From assembly GCA_000442015.1 (NCBI GenBank), contig KE560959.1, positions 62,001 through 126,000 on the forward strand: 64,000 nucleotides of DNA, written 5' to 3'. Source of the stretch: Rozella allomycis CSF55. Its lineage: Eukaryota. This document shows positions 1 through 10,858 of the stretch, piece after piece. The first letter of the stretch is position 1; the number at the start of each line of letters is the position of its first letter. The translations under genes were made by a program, and so were the position numbers. The notes under the pieces were generated by a model. That model made no database searches, was not told the DNA's origin, and saw only the letters and a program-made list of their open reading frames with translations.

Positions 1-27
1 ACTTAAATATACTGAAATATTTATTGC

Positions 28-726
28 TTAGAAAATAAAGCGTTTTGGAGGCGTATAACCTCGTTTAGTTACTTCTTGAATCTTATCAAGCACTCTTTTT
101 AAAATATTTGCGTTAAAATTCAAAAATCTTATGTCAGAATACGGCAATAAGCTTAAGGAATCAATAATGCTTTTTTCAATTAATGATCTTCTAATTTCAA
201 ACCACTCTGCATTTCCATTGTGAGATTCATAGACAATCCTCTGAAATACATCTAATATCTTCTTATATACAGGCATGTAGTGAGTATTGGTTCCATTTAT
301 ATTTTCGAAAGTACACAAATATTCAGGAAGACCAGAAGATGATAAAATTGCGTAAAATAATTCATATACCTTTGATAGTAAATATTCGTCGCCAAATAAA
401 AGCTTTTGAAGCACTTTTAGACATTCAGCCATCATTCCATACTTCCTTAAAGCTGTTAGTTGTTCAATACAATTTGTAAGTATGAATATCTTTAGCTCTT
501 TTAATTCATCTTCGATGTACTCTTTGTTATTCTCTATGATGTTGAGAACGGTTGAATATATGAGTAAACTAAAGGTAGGGTTCAACTCATGGTATAAGAG
601 ACTCAACTCTGATAATACATTCACAGCAAGAATGATATCCTCATTACGAGACTTTAAAACCACAATCAACTTTTCGGATAGCTTTAACGTACAATTAAAC
701 ATACTGCCATTATTCTCCNCAACCAT
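28..726 (-). CDS. Hypothetical protein
   Basis: 232-codon ORF with no recognised domain; an N at 719 makes the start uncertain. Confidence 0.5.
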   Translation of the reverse strand: MVXENNGSMFNCTLKLSEKLIVVLKSRNEDIILAVNVLSELSLLYHELNPTFSLLIYSTVLNIIENNKEYIEDELKELKIFILTNCIEQLTALRKYGMMAECLKVLQKLLFGDEYLLSKVYELFYAILSSSGLPEYLCTFENINGTNTHYMPVYKKILDVFQRIVYESHNGNAEWFEIRRSLIEKSIIDSLSLLPYSDIRFLNFNANILKRVLDKIQEVTKRGYTPPKRFIF

Positions 727-810
727 AAAAGCGGTAAATTTCTAAACATAAAAACTTGCACGAATATCCTTGCATACGACGAAAAGGGCCTGTTGAGTTT
801 CCTGAAAGTA

Positions 811-1497
811 ATGAAAGGAAAACGTATTTCTCAAAAAACTGTTGATTTCGCGTTTCAGTTTGCTTATGCTTATGGTCTTACTGAAATTGCTTGTAACCCA
901 AAGCTATTTATTGTTGAAAACAGTATATTACCGGACCCGTCATCAAATGATAACTATGCGATATTGACCGCTGCGTATAATGGGTACACTGACATTGTTA
1001 AATATCTACTAACTCAAGAAAGAGTAAATCCAGGTGCAAAGGAAAATTATGCTATTCGAGATGCTGCTATAAAGGGGCATACGGAAATTGTCAAAATGCT
1101 GCTCGCCGATTCTAGAGTAGATCCAGCTGCAAATGACAATGAGACGATTGTTAACGCTGCCGATTATGGTCATCTGGAAATTCTTAAGATGCTGCTGGCC
1201 GATCCTAGAGTAGATCCAGGTGCCAGTGAAAATAATGCTCTTCGCTTGGCCTGCAAGGAAGGTCATATTGAAGTTGTTAGAATGCTTCTTGCAGACGCTC
1301 GAGTAGATCCTAGTGCCCGAAGGAATCAAGCTATTCGAACTGCAATAGATTATGGGCGTGCAGAAATTCTTAGATTGTTGCTTGAAGACTCTAGAGGAGA
1401 TCCAATCGCGAAGAGGACTCAAGCTATTCGAAGTGCCATCAAGTATGGAAATGCAGAAATGGTGCAAATTTCGTTGGAGTATAGCCTATATCATTAA
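811..1497 (+). CDS. Ankyrin-repeat protein
   Basis: About five 34-aa repeats RVDPxAxDNxAIRxAxxxGHxEIVKMLLAD; intronless; first ATG at 811. Confidence 0.9.
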   Translation: MKGKRISQKTVDFAFQFAYAYGLTEIACNPKLFIVENSILPDPSSNDNYAILTAAYNGYTDIVKYLLTQERVNPGAKENYAIRDAAIKGHTEIVKMLLADSRVDPAANDNETIVNAADYGHLEILKMLLADPRVDPGASENNALRLACKEGHIEVVRMLLADARVDPSARRNQAIRTAIDYGRAEILRLLLEDSRGDPIAKRTQAIRSAIKYGNAEMVQISLEYSLYH

Positions 1498-1657
1498 ATT
1501 TGAGAAGCTAGCTATCATTGAGGGGGTTATTGATCTTTCAACTTGCAATAAAAAGATTAGTCTAATTTTTATTGTTATCAGGTCCTTTTAATTGCTCACT
1601 GTAGCTCATAGTAGAAAATTAACATTTAACCGTTTGAGTCTTTGACGGTTGGTCATN

Positions 1658-2135
1658 CCCACTTTTGGGCTCGCGTAACAATTGCACTTTGGAGCCCATT
1701 GTTTTGAGTTTTAGAGCCCATCCAAATTTGAAACAGTGGGCTCCAAAGTGCAATTGCAGTAATGAGAATAAATAGAAAACGGAGCATTAAAATCACTTTT
1801 TAATAAATAGTTTTATTTAAATATAAGATAATGCAGCACCCACCTTGCTTGGTCGCCCTCTTTTCCTTTTGGGGGCACCATTTTCGTCAGAATCAATTTC
1901 TGGTTCCTTTTCTCTCCCTCGTGGAATAAGACTTCGAATGTCAGGAATATCTTTATTAAATAATAAATAAAATATTTTTACAATTTAACGGAGGATTCAA
2001 ATTTTTCAGTGCCAAGGCAATTAATACATGATAGCATGTTCTCCAATACAACCAGTTTCTACAGTCACAGGAACCTTTCTCAAGATCAATAATAAAACAT
2101 AATGATTTCTTTTTCTTATTTATAAGCTTGGTTTT
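1658..2135 (-). mobile_element. 3' fragment of a Mutator-like (MULE) transposase with terminal repeat region
   Basis: SWIM zinc finger CDC-x8-CYH; after a ~31-nt intron, an AT-hook/NLS tail KRKRGRPSK; inverted repeat downstream; bounded by N joins at 1657 and 2136. Confidence 0.7.
1679..1756. repeat. 26-bp inverted repeat (one mismatch)
   Basis: caattgcactttggagcccattgttt (1679-1704) vs aaacagtgggctccaaagtgcaattg (1731-1756). Confidence 0.9.
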
Positions 2136-2189
2136 NCAAAAAATACAAAACTTCTTAATCACTAAAATTGTATTTATTTCAACATATGA

Positions 2190-5100
2190 TCAACTTTTAA
2201 TTTGCTTTACCAGTTCCTTCATATAATCCTTAATTTGCGGGATATTATTAATGATTCCTCTCGGAATAGTCAACAAAACTAGATAAAGAATAATCAACGA
2301 GTGTACTTTTCCTGCTGTAACCAATTTCATTATTGATATTGTTCATAATTTTCCTGATAGCGACTAGAAACACGAGCACTGTTATTGAGAGTGAAGAAAT
2401 AACGCAGCCAAAGAGTAGATTGTATAGTAGTTTGTAGTCTGCTTTTAGGATGAGGGAGCTTGTTGCTCTTGTGAGTTGCAGACCGTGAGCTAGTTCGTTT
2501 GGCGTTAGTTCTAGGATGTACCAGAAAGCGTTTTGCGCTACAGTTGAGAGGGATGGATCGCCTGAGAAAGTAGCTAGAGATTTGAGGTTGAGGAGAGAAA
2601 ACATGAGGGTGTCTCTGAAGCCGTTTGAGATGTGAACATTGTAAGCGGGAGGGAGGTTAGAGGAAGTTGGAGGAGAGCAGCGTGAGTATATGTCTGAGAG
2701 ACAGGTGGCGGAATCCCATAGAGATTGAATCTGAGGGTTTGAAAAGATGAATTGATCAGTTTTGATTTCAGAGAGAAGAGAAAATATCTAATTAGAGGGT
2801 GAAGATGTTATTACTTCAGAGTAGAGATTTGATAGTTGTGATTGAATGTTTGTGATTGAATTGTAGTGATAGTCTGTTGAATTGTTTATCCAGAGATGGA
2901 CTGATAATCTTCTAATTTTGTAAATTGAAGATTCAAAGTTTATGACTTTGATTGTCGCTTCAGCAGATTTAATGGAGATGGACGTTGTGGCAGCAGAATA
3001 GCTAGCCCAAACAATGGATGGGATTGAGATGGCAAAGAGAGACAAAAGAATCATAATTGAAGTTTTTTCTTTTAAATAACTAAATTTACCTTAATAGATT
3101 GAAATAGATTAGATTACCTAATATTAGATTGAAATAGATTAGATTACCAGGGTCTTTAAGATCTCTTTTGTTTGAATTTAATTTTTTAGCTTGATGACTA
3201 TCCCTTCTAGCAATGAATTCTTCTTTGAAATTTTTTTCAGTGTTTTTTCTTAAATCTAAATCTAGATCATTTTCATTTGGAGTGCCTTCATCTGATAGAT
3301 CAGAATTTGAAGTATTTTCAGGATCTAAATCAGATTTATCATTGACTAGTTGATCTATAAACTTTCTTGGGATTTGTTTTAGAATTTTAAAAATGATTCT
3401 TCTTTCATCGTCTAAATGTTTTAATCTTGGAACTAGAAGCAATAAATAAACAAGAAGAGAAGAAATGAAAATTGCAATGCAAATGTATTCTCCATAAACA
3501 AAAATAGTCTTCCAAGCAACAATTGAAGCTTCTCCCAATTTATTAATAAAATCTAACGAATAATTCAAAATTATTTCTTGATTTCTATTTATAAATTCAA
3601 ATTCATTCAAATCTTTATTTAAAATATCATTTGACGTTGAAATCAATTTAGATGACTAGAAAATATAAATAAATTCTCTTACTCTGCTAAACGATTGAAT
3701 CAAAGACCAAAAATCTGTTATTGATGAATTTGTAGTCCCTCTTAGAACATAGAAATTCTTTAATATAAAATCATCCAATAAATAATCATTTGAATACAAT
3801 GAATAAATTATTGAATAATGTTCATCCAGATTACTAATAGATTCTGATAATCTAATCTCTGAATCCACAAACGACATTGAATTATTCCAAATACAATTAT
3901 TGCTACAATTAGCTCTACCAAAACTTCCAATTTGTTTAAATGATTTTATTCTAGAATAGAAAATTATTTCATTCATCTCTTTAATCATTTCCAACGAATA
4001 ATCTCTCATTATCACATACCTAGTGGGATCTGGAAACGTTGACACCAAAATCACACAACTCGTCATAATCAACACCAACAATCCAAATATAAACATCAAA
4101 GATCTATTCATTGTCTGTATTGACTTTATTGGAACTTTTCCATTTCTTATCGCCATAATCTTCTTTGATTGATACACACTCGACTTGCTACTATTCTTAT
4201 CTGACCCAACAATAGACCCAGTCGCATCTTCACTCTTTTCATTCACACTCTCTTCATCTGAATTGCCTCTTTCTTGCTCCAACTCTTCAATCGACGCATT
4301 CGATCTCACAAACGTATTATTCGTAGACTCATTCATTCCCTTGCTCTCTTCTTGATGCTCCGATATCGACACCCTTCTTTCATCGTCATCTGGCACCACC
4401 AAAGCATTAATCTTTTCTATCTTCTCCTTTCTTATCATCATATCATAGCCATTGTTTTCTATCCACTCTCTATCCACATGGTCATCTTCTATCGGTCCAT
4501 GACACGTTCTGCCTATAAACTCTACTTGATCATCACTCTTATGCTCCACAACTTCCAACATCAACGGAAACTCTGTCCCATCTCTATGCTTCGCTACAAC
4601 CACCCTCCTAATTCCTATCACTCGCGCCTCCTTTGTCTCAAAATACCTCTAATCATTCAATCCATCTATTACCTCGCCATATACGAATCATGGTTGTCTC
4701 CAACATCTCTAGGCATCAAATCAGACACATTATGGCCAAGTATTTCACTCTTCAAATACCCAAACAAATCACAACACCCTTGACTAAACTCTTTAATATG
4801 CCCCATCTGCGTTATTCTTATCACACCTTCAAGGGGTCGCAAATCAAACAAACGCCACACTCTATCCCCAAACTTTGTCACGCTCTGTATTCCAACCGGC
4901 AACACTTCCATCGTCTCAGTCACCATATACCCATAACATATTCTGCCCTTTTTACTCTTTTCTATCAATTTATCAACACTATGTTCTCTATATTTAGGGA
5001 TAGGCGGGAATATCAACTCTAAAGATCTCCCAGTCAAATATTCAACAGGATATCCAGTCATCCTAGAGACATCTTCGCCAACCTTGACTATCTCAAATGT

Positions 5101-8022
5101 TCTATCCTTAAATGTTATATTGCTCTTTTCATTAGACGACTCAGTCACCGGCACTGCAGATGTTCTAACCAACGTTCCCTTGAACAGCAATTCATGCTCA
5201 TTCTCTATACTCGTCACAACCAAATTCACATTCATCAGCGTTCCATCATAATGCTTCAACTGCAACACCCTTCCATTCATATCATTCACTATACTACCCT
5301 GCCTAGTCTCCACATAGCGCGTCAAATACGAATCATGATACGAACTGTATGGATACGGCATTATTATCGTTATATTCTCTCCAATCAAATTTTCCTTTTC
5401 ATAGCCAGTCAGCTTAGAGAAATATTCATCACAGCTTTGTATTATTCCCTTGACATTAATCACAACAGACCCAGCTATCAATGTCGCATCACTCATATAC
5501 CCCACAAATATTTGCATATCATCAATTCTTTCTTCTTTCACTTCTAAACTCAATGGAATCATCTTGCCCATCTTTGTCTTTCCCATCACTTGTCTTCCTT
5601 TGCTTCCAATCACTTTAGCTACCCCAGTTGACACATAGTTGCTAATAAACGTATCATGTCTTATTCCCACATCTTCAGACATTAACATCTTGACATTTCT
5701 TTTATACATTTCTGCTGGCGTGTATCCAAACATCTCTGTTGTTCTCTTATTAACCATTGCTATAATCCCATCATTCTTTATCACCACACAACCCGTCTTC
5801 AAATCATCTGCTTTGCGACATTTGGTCACCATCGCTATATAAATTGGCTTTCCATCGGGCCCCTTGGTTTCTGTCACTGTTAAACTTATAGGAAAGACAT
5901 ATCCATTCTTGTGCAATCCAAATAATTCTCTCTTCTTTCCTATCACTTTCGCTTCTCTAGTCTTTTTATATCTCTCCATATATTTCGCATGATTCTCTTT
6001 AAAAGGCGTTGGAACTAGTTTTGACACATTCTCTCCAATCAAATCCTTTCTGCTATACCCAAACATACTCAACACTGCATTGTTAGCTTGAAGTATCTTT
6101 CCAGTCTCATTAACTGAAATAACTGAATTCGTTTCATAACCTCCACCTCCACTCTCTCCACTAATCATCGACGAATTGTCATTATTTCGGCTCTTAGATG
6201 CTGTTTGCAATTCTTGTGCTGCTTGCTTAAACTTTTCTGATTTATCAGTATCTAAAATAACAGTCTCCAAAAAGAATGCATAGGCATCATACAAATGAAA
6301 CGCTTTTGGATACTTTTCTATCAACACATTATAAAATCTATCAGCCATCTTCGTTTGCATTTCAATCATTCTAGTGGCATCAGAAAATTCCTCAAACGCT
6401 ACATACGACTTTTGAAACAATGACCAAAAATTTCTTATTGACAATAAAACCCTTGCATGATACTTTTTAGCTTCTCCGTAATACTTTTGGTATTCAACAT
6501 ACGCTACCAAATCCATCTTTTCTGTTCCTTGCCCTTGCGTAGTTCTTCGTTGCAGCTCCTCCATTTGTCTCTTAAACAACAAAAATCTTAAATCCACTGA
6601 AGGTCTTTTGCCAACATCATTCGCATCCAGCAACGGTAGATAATGCCTTTCGCTTGGAAACATTTGGTCTGCAAAAAATATGTACGCTATCGCCAAATAA
6701 TAATTAGCTGGAAACGCCTTCATTGATTTATGGTACAAACTATCGGTAACCTCAACATTCTCCAACGTCGTATGTTCAATCCACAAATGACGCGCAATGA
6801 TTTCTACTGTATACGTGTTGGCATTGGCTAACAATAGCGACTTTGGCAATATCTCCTTTTTATCTATCAATGCATAATTCTCTTCCAATGTCTTCATCAA
6901 ACTACTTCCTGTACTGCTCATTCTCTTCCTTGTCACACTTTCAACTCTCGCATCATCCAAAACAGCATTAGCTAACATTCTAAAATACTCTATCCTTCTT
7001 TCATACAAAAAATATCCAATAACAGCTACAGGGCCCATACCAAGCATAAACAATAAATCGGGCAATCTATTCTCTGCTAAACGATTAGGCCCCATCAACA
7101 CGGATATAACAGCCATCAAGTTGCCATATGCAAACACTAAAACTGTCGACGCCCTTATCTTTCCGATAAGGCTATGCTGATACGGTAGAAAATAGATCAG
7201 TGACGCATACAAAGCCAACGATAACAACAAATTAGAAAAATGCGTCCACAATCCACCAAAAAACACTTTAGACAAGTACGAATAATTCAAAGCGAAAAAT
7301 ATATTCGCAAACAATAGCAGCAAATTAAAGTACGGCGTTGAACATATCATTAAATCTGTTGGTCGCTTGCAAAAAGATATATCAGTTAAAGTTGCACTCA
7401 ATGAAAATAGAGTTAAAAATAACACTGTAAATGCTCCAAAAATAGCAGACACATAGTAACTGGCGGTTGAACAACTCTCTTCCTGAAATTTCACCAAATG
7501 GTTTTTATAACACATGCAAGCATCAATGATCAAATCCACACTCGCAATAAACAAAATCTTAAAAAACACAGATATCGCAATATTCAACACCCTAACGGGC
7601 CATAGGTACTTGAATTCTTTCTTCCAAAATGAATACCTATCCTTCACCATCTACACATTCTATTACCCCACATAAAATGTAATAACCACAGCTGTCAATG
7701 CGATGAATATAAATGTCCAATATATGATCTCGAATACCGAGAATGGGATATTGTAATCAACAATACGAAAATGAAAGAACCTTATGTACGGCGCCACTGT
7801 CAATAGCATTGATCCCCATTCCGCATTCGCTGTCAATGTAAATCCAAGAAATTGCAAAAATTCAAGCGTCAGAAAGCCAAACGATCGAATAGTGTTTGGC
7901 ACCTTGCTTTCGTCTCCAGAATTCTCCATTGTATATAAAATCCCAAAAAATGATTGTTCAAGCTTGTCAAAAAAATTAACGGTCCGATTTGGAACGGTGG
8001 TCGCATTGTTTTTGTCATCCAT
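2190..8022 (-). CDS. Large multi-pass membrane protein with multiple PAS domains (TmcB/TmcC-like)
   Basis: Six ORF segments joined by micro-introns; N-terminal TM bundle; repeated PAS motifs FGYxxxELIGxNVxxLMP...HDxYxxRY; C-terminal TM helices. Confidence 0.85.
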
Positions 8023-8197
8023 TGTTTTGTTGCCAACTTGCCACTTGCCAGGGGAGTCATGCTATAGAACCATTACAAAAACATAAATCATCTTTTTTAA
8101 TTACATCGTTATTGCATGTTATACATATTACAATGATGCAATCTGTTAAATGAAATGTTAAATATTAAANTGGAATACGTTTAATCGAAACTCGCAT

Positions 8198-8863
8198 TTA
8201 TTTATAACGGTTTTTTCTAACACATTTAAGAGAGTTTCCGAAATAGATACGTAATTGACCCAAGTAACAAATAAGCTCCTTTTCAAGCTCCGCATCATTA
8301 GTCCTCAAAGTGAATTCAAGTTTTTCCCGAAGATCTTCAATAGCTTTGGTGTAATTATCGTTGGTTATGTTTTTCCCAGACCTTGAAAGGCTTTGAAAGA
8401 GCCCGAACGATTTATCCTGCCTTACATCATTTCTCAAGGATATAACCTTATCAATTGTTAATCGCATGTCATCAGCAACGGAACGAATAGAGCTTAGGTA
8501 GCGACTAAATGATTCACAAGACAACGCGAGCTGTTTTGTTTGGCTATGTAATGAATGGTACACTTCGGAGACATTTGAAATTGATTCTCCCTCAATATTC
8601 CCTTCCATTAGTACTGTTTCTTTTATTGATATGCTAAATTGCATTTCTGAAGTGTATAAATCATTCAGTTGCCTAACTTGTCTTTCAAGAACAGCCTCGA
8701 GTAAGGACAAGGTATCACATCTTTTGTAAAATGCTTTTATCATTTTATCAATGTCCTCGGGGAAGATCTCATCTATTTCCTTATTGTTAATGAATTCAAT
8801 TATGTTTCTTTTTGTCCCCCTAAGAGAAAACACCAAATTATCAATAAGGTTATTGGCATTCAT
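8198..8863 (-). CDS. Hypothetical helical/coiled-coil protein, possibly BAR-like
   Basis: 221-aa ORF with heptad-like helical composition. Confidence 0.55.
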   Translation of the reverse strand: MNANNLIDNLVFSLRGTKRNIIEFINNKEIDEIFPEDIDKMIKAFYKRCDTLSLLEAVLERQVRQLNDLYTSEMQFSISIKETVLMEGNIEGESISNVSEVYHSLHSQTKQLALSCESFSRYLSSIRSVADDMRLTIDKVISLRNDVRQDKSFGLFQSLSRSGKNITNDNYTKAIEDLREKLEFTLRTNDAELEKELICYLGQLRIYFGNSLKCVRKNRYK

Positions 8864-9249
8864 TGTTCATAGAAACCAAATTACGTATGTTTATTTAAAG
8901 CAAAATGCTAAAATAACAAATACTTTGAATAAATCCGAATTTGGAAAGATAAATTCTTTACTCTTCTTAAAAATAGCCAGTTTAAGTTGCAGAAAAACAT
9001 TTTGGCAATTATCATTAATATAAGACCGTTTACAGAAAATATTACGTCGTTCGCGCGCAGTTCTTGCATATATTCTTCAATATATTCTATTCTGGCTTGT
9101 CCTCAAAATACAAAGGGAAATAAAGTGTTTTTTAGATTAAATCGATTTGTACATTAAATCGATTTGAAGATAATCTGCTTATTTCTTGAAAACATGCAAA
9201 GGTGATATTGGGACTAGAATTAAGAAGGTAAAGTGGCGTAGTCAAAAAA

Positions 9250-9951
9250 ATGTCAAGACTAGACGAAGTACAAAAGTTTAGCAAAGAGTTTGAAGAATTG
9301 TACAGTAAGTATGGTATTATCGGGTTTCAAAAACAATGCTTTTTTGCTAAATTTGTTGAAGATCATAACTGGGAAGCGGATCTTCCAAATAGAAAGATTG
9401 TCTTCGAAAATTTGGGTTCATTCAAAATAAAAGTAGTTGGCACTCTTAATGAAGATTGTTTTCACTGGGCCGACCAAAGTTGCCCTATCTCTTTTAGTGA
9501 TGAACTCAGTGGAGATGTTATAAAAAGTGTTAGAGAATTTGATGTCAAAGAATTTAAAGAGTCAAAACTGGAATTTGAACAGTGTGAAGGACAAGACTTA
9601 TGGTTTCACAGATTAACTTGTGTTTTAATACCTTTATTGGGGGCTCTTGGAGTCTACAGATGTTCGGGAGTCGTGATTCTCATTATGGATCCTGAAAATC
9701 CATTGTCCATGCCTACAGAATCTAAAGAAAAACTCTTAATAGAAGGTAGCTATGCCTTTCAAGATATTCTCCATCCTTTGTGCAAACCTCTCGATCAAAA
9801 AGCCGGCTGGTTGGAATATTTGAAGTACCATGGATTCGAATTTGCAGAAGAGAGTGATGAAAAAGGGTCGTATATTAAGATTAAAGATCATCAATACATG
9901 ATATCATTTGATGGTAGCAATGTTGTGACTAAAATAGCGAATAAACTTTAA
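9250..9951 (+). CDS. Hypothetical protein resembling bacterial DUF6882
   Basis: Intronless 233 aa; motif W-x-A-D-L...I-x-F...V-V-G-T...F-H-W-A. Confidence 0.55.
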   Translation: MSRLDEVQKFSKEFEELYSKYGIIGFQKQCFFAKFVEDHNWEADLPNRKIVFENLGSFKIKVVGTLNEDCFHWADQSCPISFSDELSGDVIKSVREFDVKEFKESKLEFEQCEGQDLWFHRLTCVLIPLLGALGVYRCSGVVILIMDPENPLSMPTESKEKLLIEGSYAFQDILHPLCKPLDQKAGWLEYLKYHGFEFAEESDEKGSYIKIKDHQYMISFDGSNVVTKIANKL

Positions 9952-10010
9952 TTTTTCCTTTAACACTTAGAAACCTCCTGGATACAAGTTGCAGTGCAAT
10001 TTTATTTTTG

Positions 10011-10368
10011 ATGAGCTCAAAATCCCCGTCTTCACCTTCACAAAAGAAAAAATCTAAACAAGGTAGCAGAGTATCACTGGTCGTAGAACCCAGCAAATTA
10101 GGACTATTTAGCGAGGTTGGCTACTTGCAGCCTAAGACATTTGTACCATTGCATTCTCGTAAATATATAATCAGCGAGTTAAAGATGCATTTTTGAATGA
10201 GCGTACCAAGGGCGCACAAATGAAAGGAAGCAGTAGGAAGCTTGGAAAAACAAAAGACGCATTTTTCGATAAAGATTTCGTTCACATATTTGAAGTAAGT
10301 TATTAAATTTCAATATATAGAACGAAGCGTACTGTGACTATGTTTGGTTGAAACGTTCCTGGCGAATC
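10011..10368 (+). CDS. CFAP96/C4orf47-like flagellar protein, 5' part
   Basis: LGLFSEVGY and, after splicing, KDAFFDKDFVHIFENEAY; cut at the N join at 10369. Confidence 0.65.
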
Positions 10369-10369
10369 N

Positions 10370-10778
10370 CCCATAACTTGACTAGTGTTGGAATTTGAAC
10401 ATATCGTTCGAGACAATTCTGCAAAAGGTCATAATTAGAAATATTTAATAGAGTATTAATCCGGATTTGAGCCATGTTAACCTTCATGAATAACCTATGG
10501 TCCCGTTTCAACAAGGGACTCTTTAAAACAAAATCTAGTCCAGACTTCAAATCTCTAATATATCCCCCTTTTGATAAATTTTCCAGTAACTCAATGACTC
10601 TATCAAGTAAAATTCTCTTTTTCAAAGTGGAAACGTTAAATACGTCTTTTAGTTCTTTCAAAGTGTTTTTGTAGTTAAGATTATCACATCTACCATTTTT
10701 GTTTTTTATATATTCCAAAAAACATGCTTCAAAAATGTTTGACGAAAAAAATTTGCTTTGGAATGGTATAATTTGCAT
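10370..10778 (-). CDS. Hypothetical protein, truncated at assembly join
   Basis: ORF running into the N at 10369; no recognised domain. Confidence 0.4.
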
Positions 10779-10858
10779 TCAGCCACAGAACTCCAAAATC
10801 TCAAACAATAATAGAATAAATATTGCTACTTTAACTACATTACCTAATACCTATTTAG

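Noticed and set aside
4274-5842. Several + strand ORFs opposite the PAS gene, and shadow ORFs opposite the ankyrin, eIF4A, Dicer and 46044 genes
   Set aside because: Antisense or alternative-frame by-products of biased composition with no domain signal.
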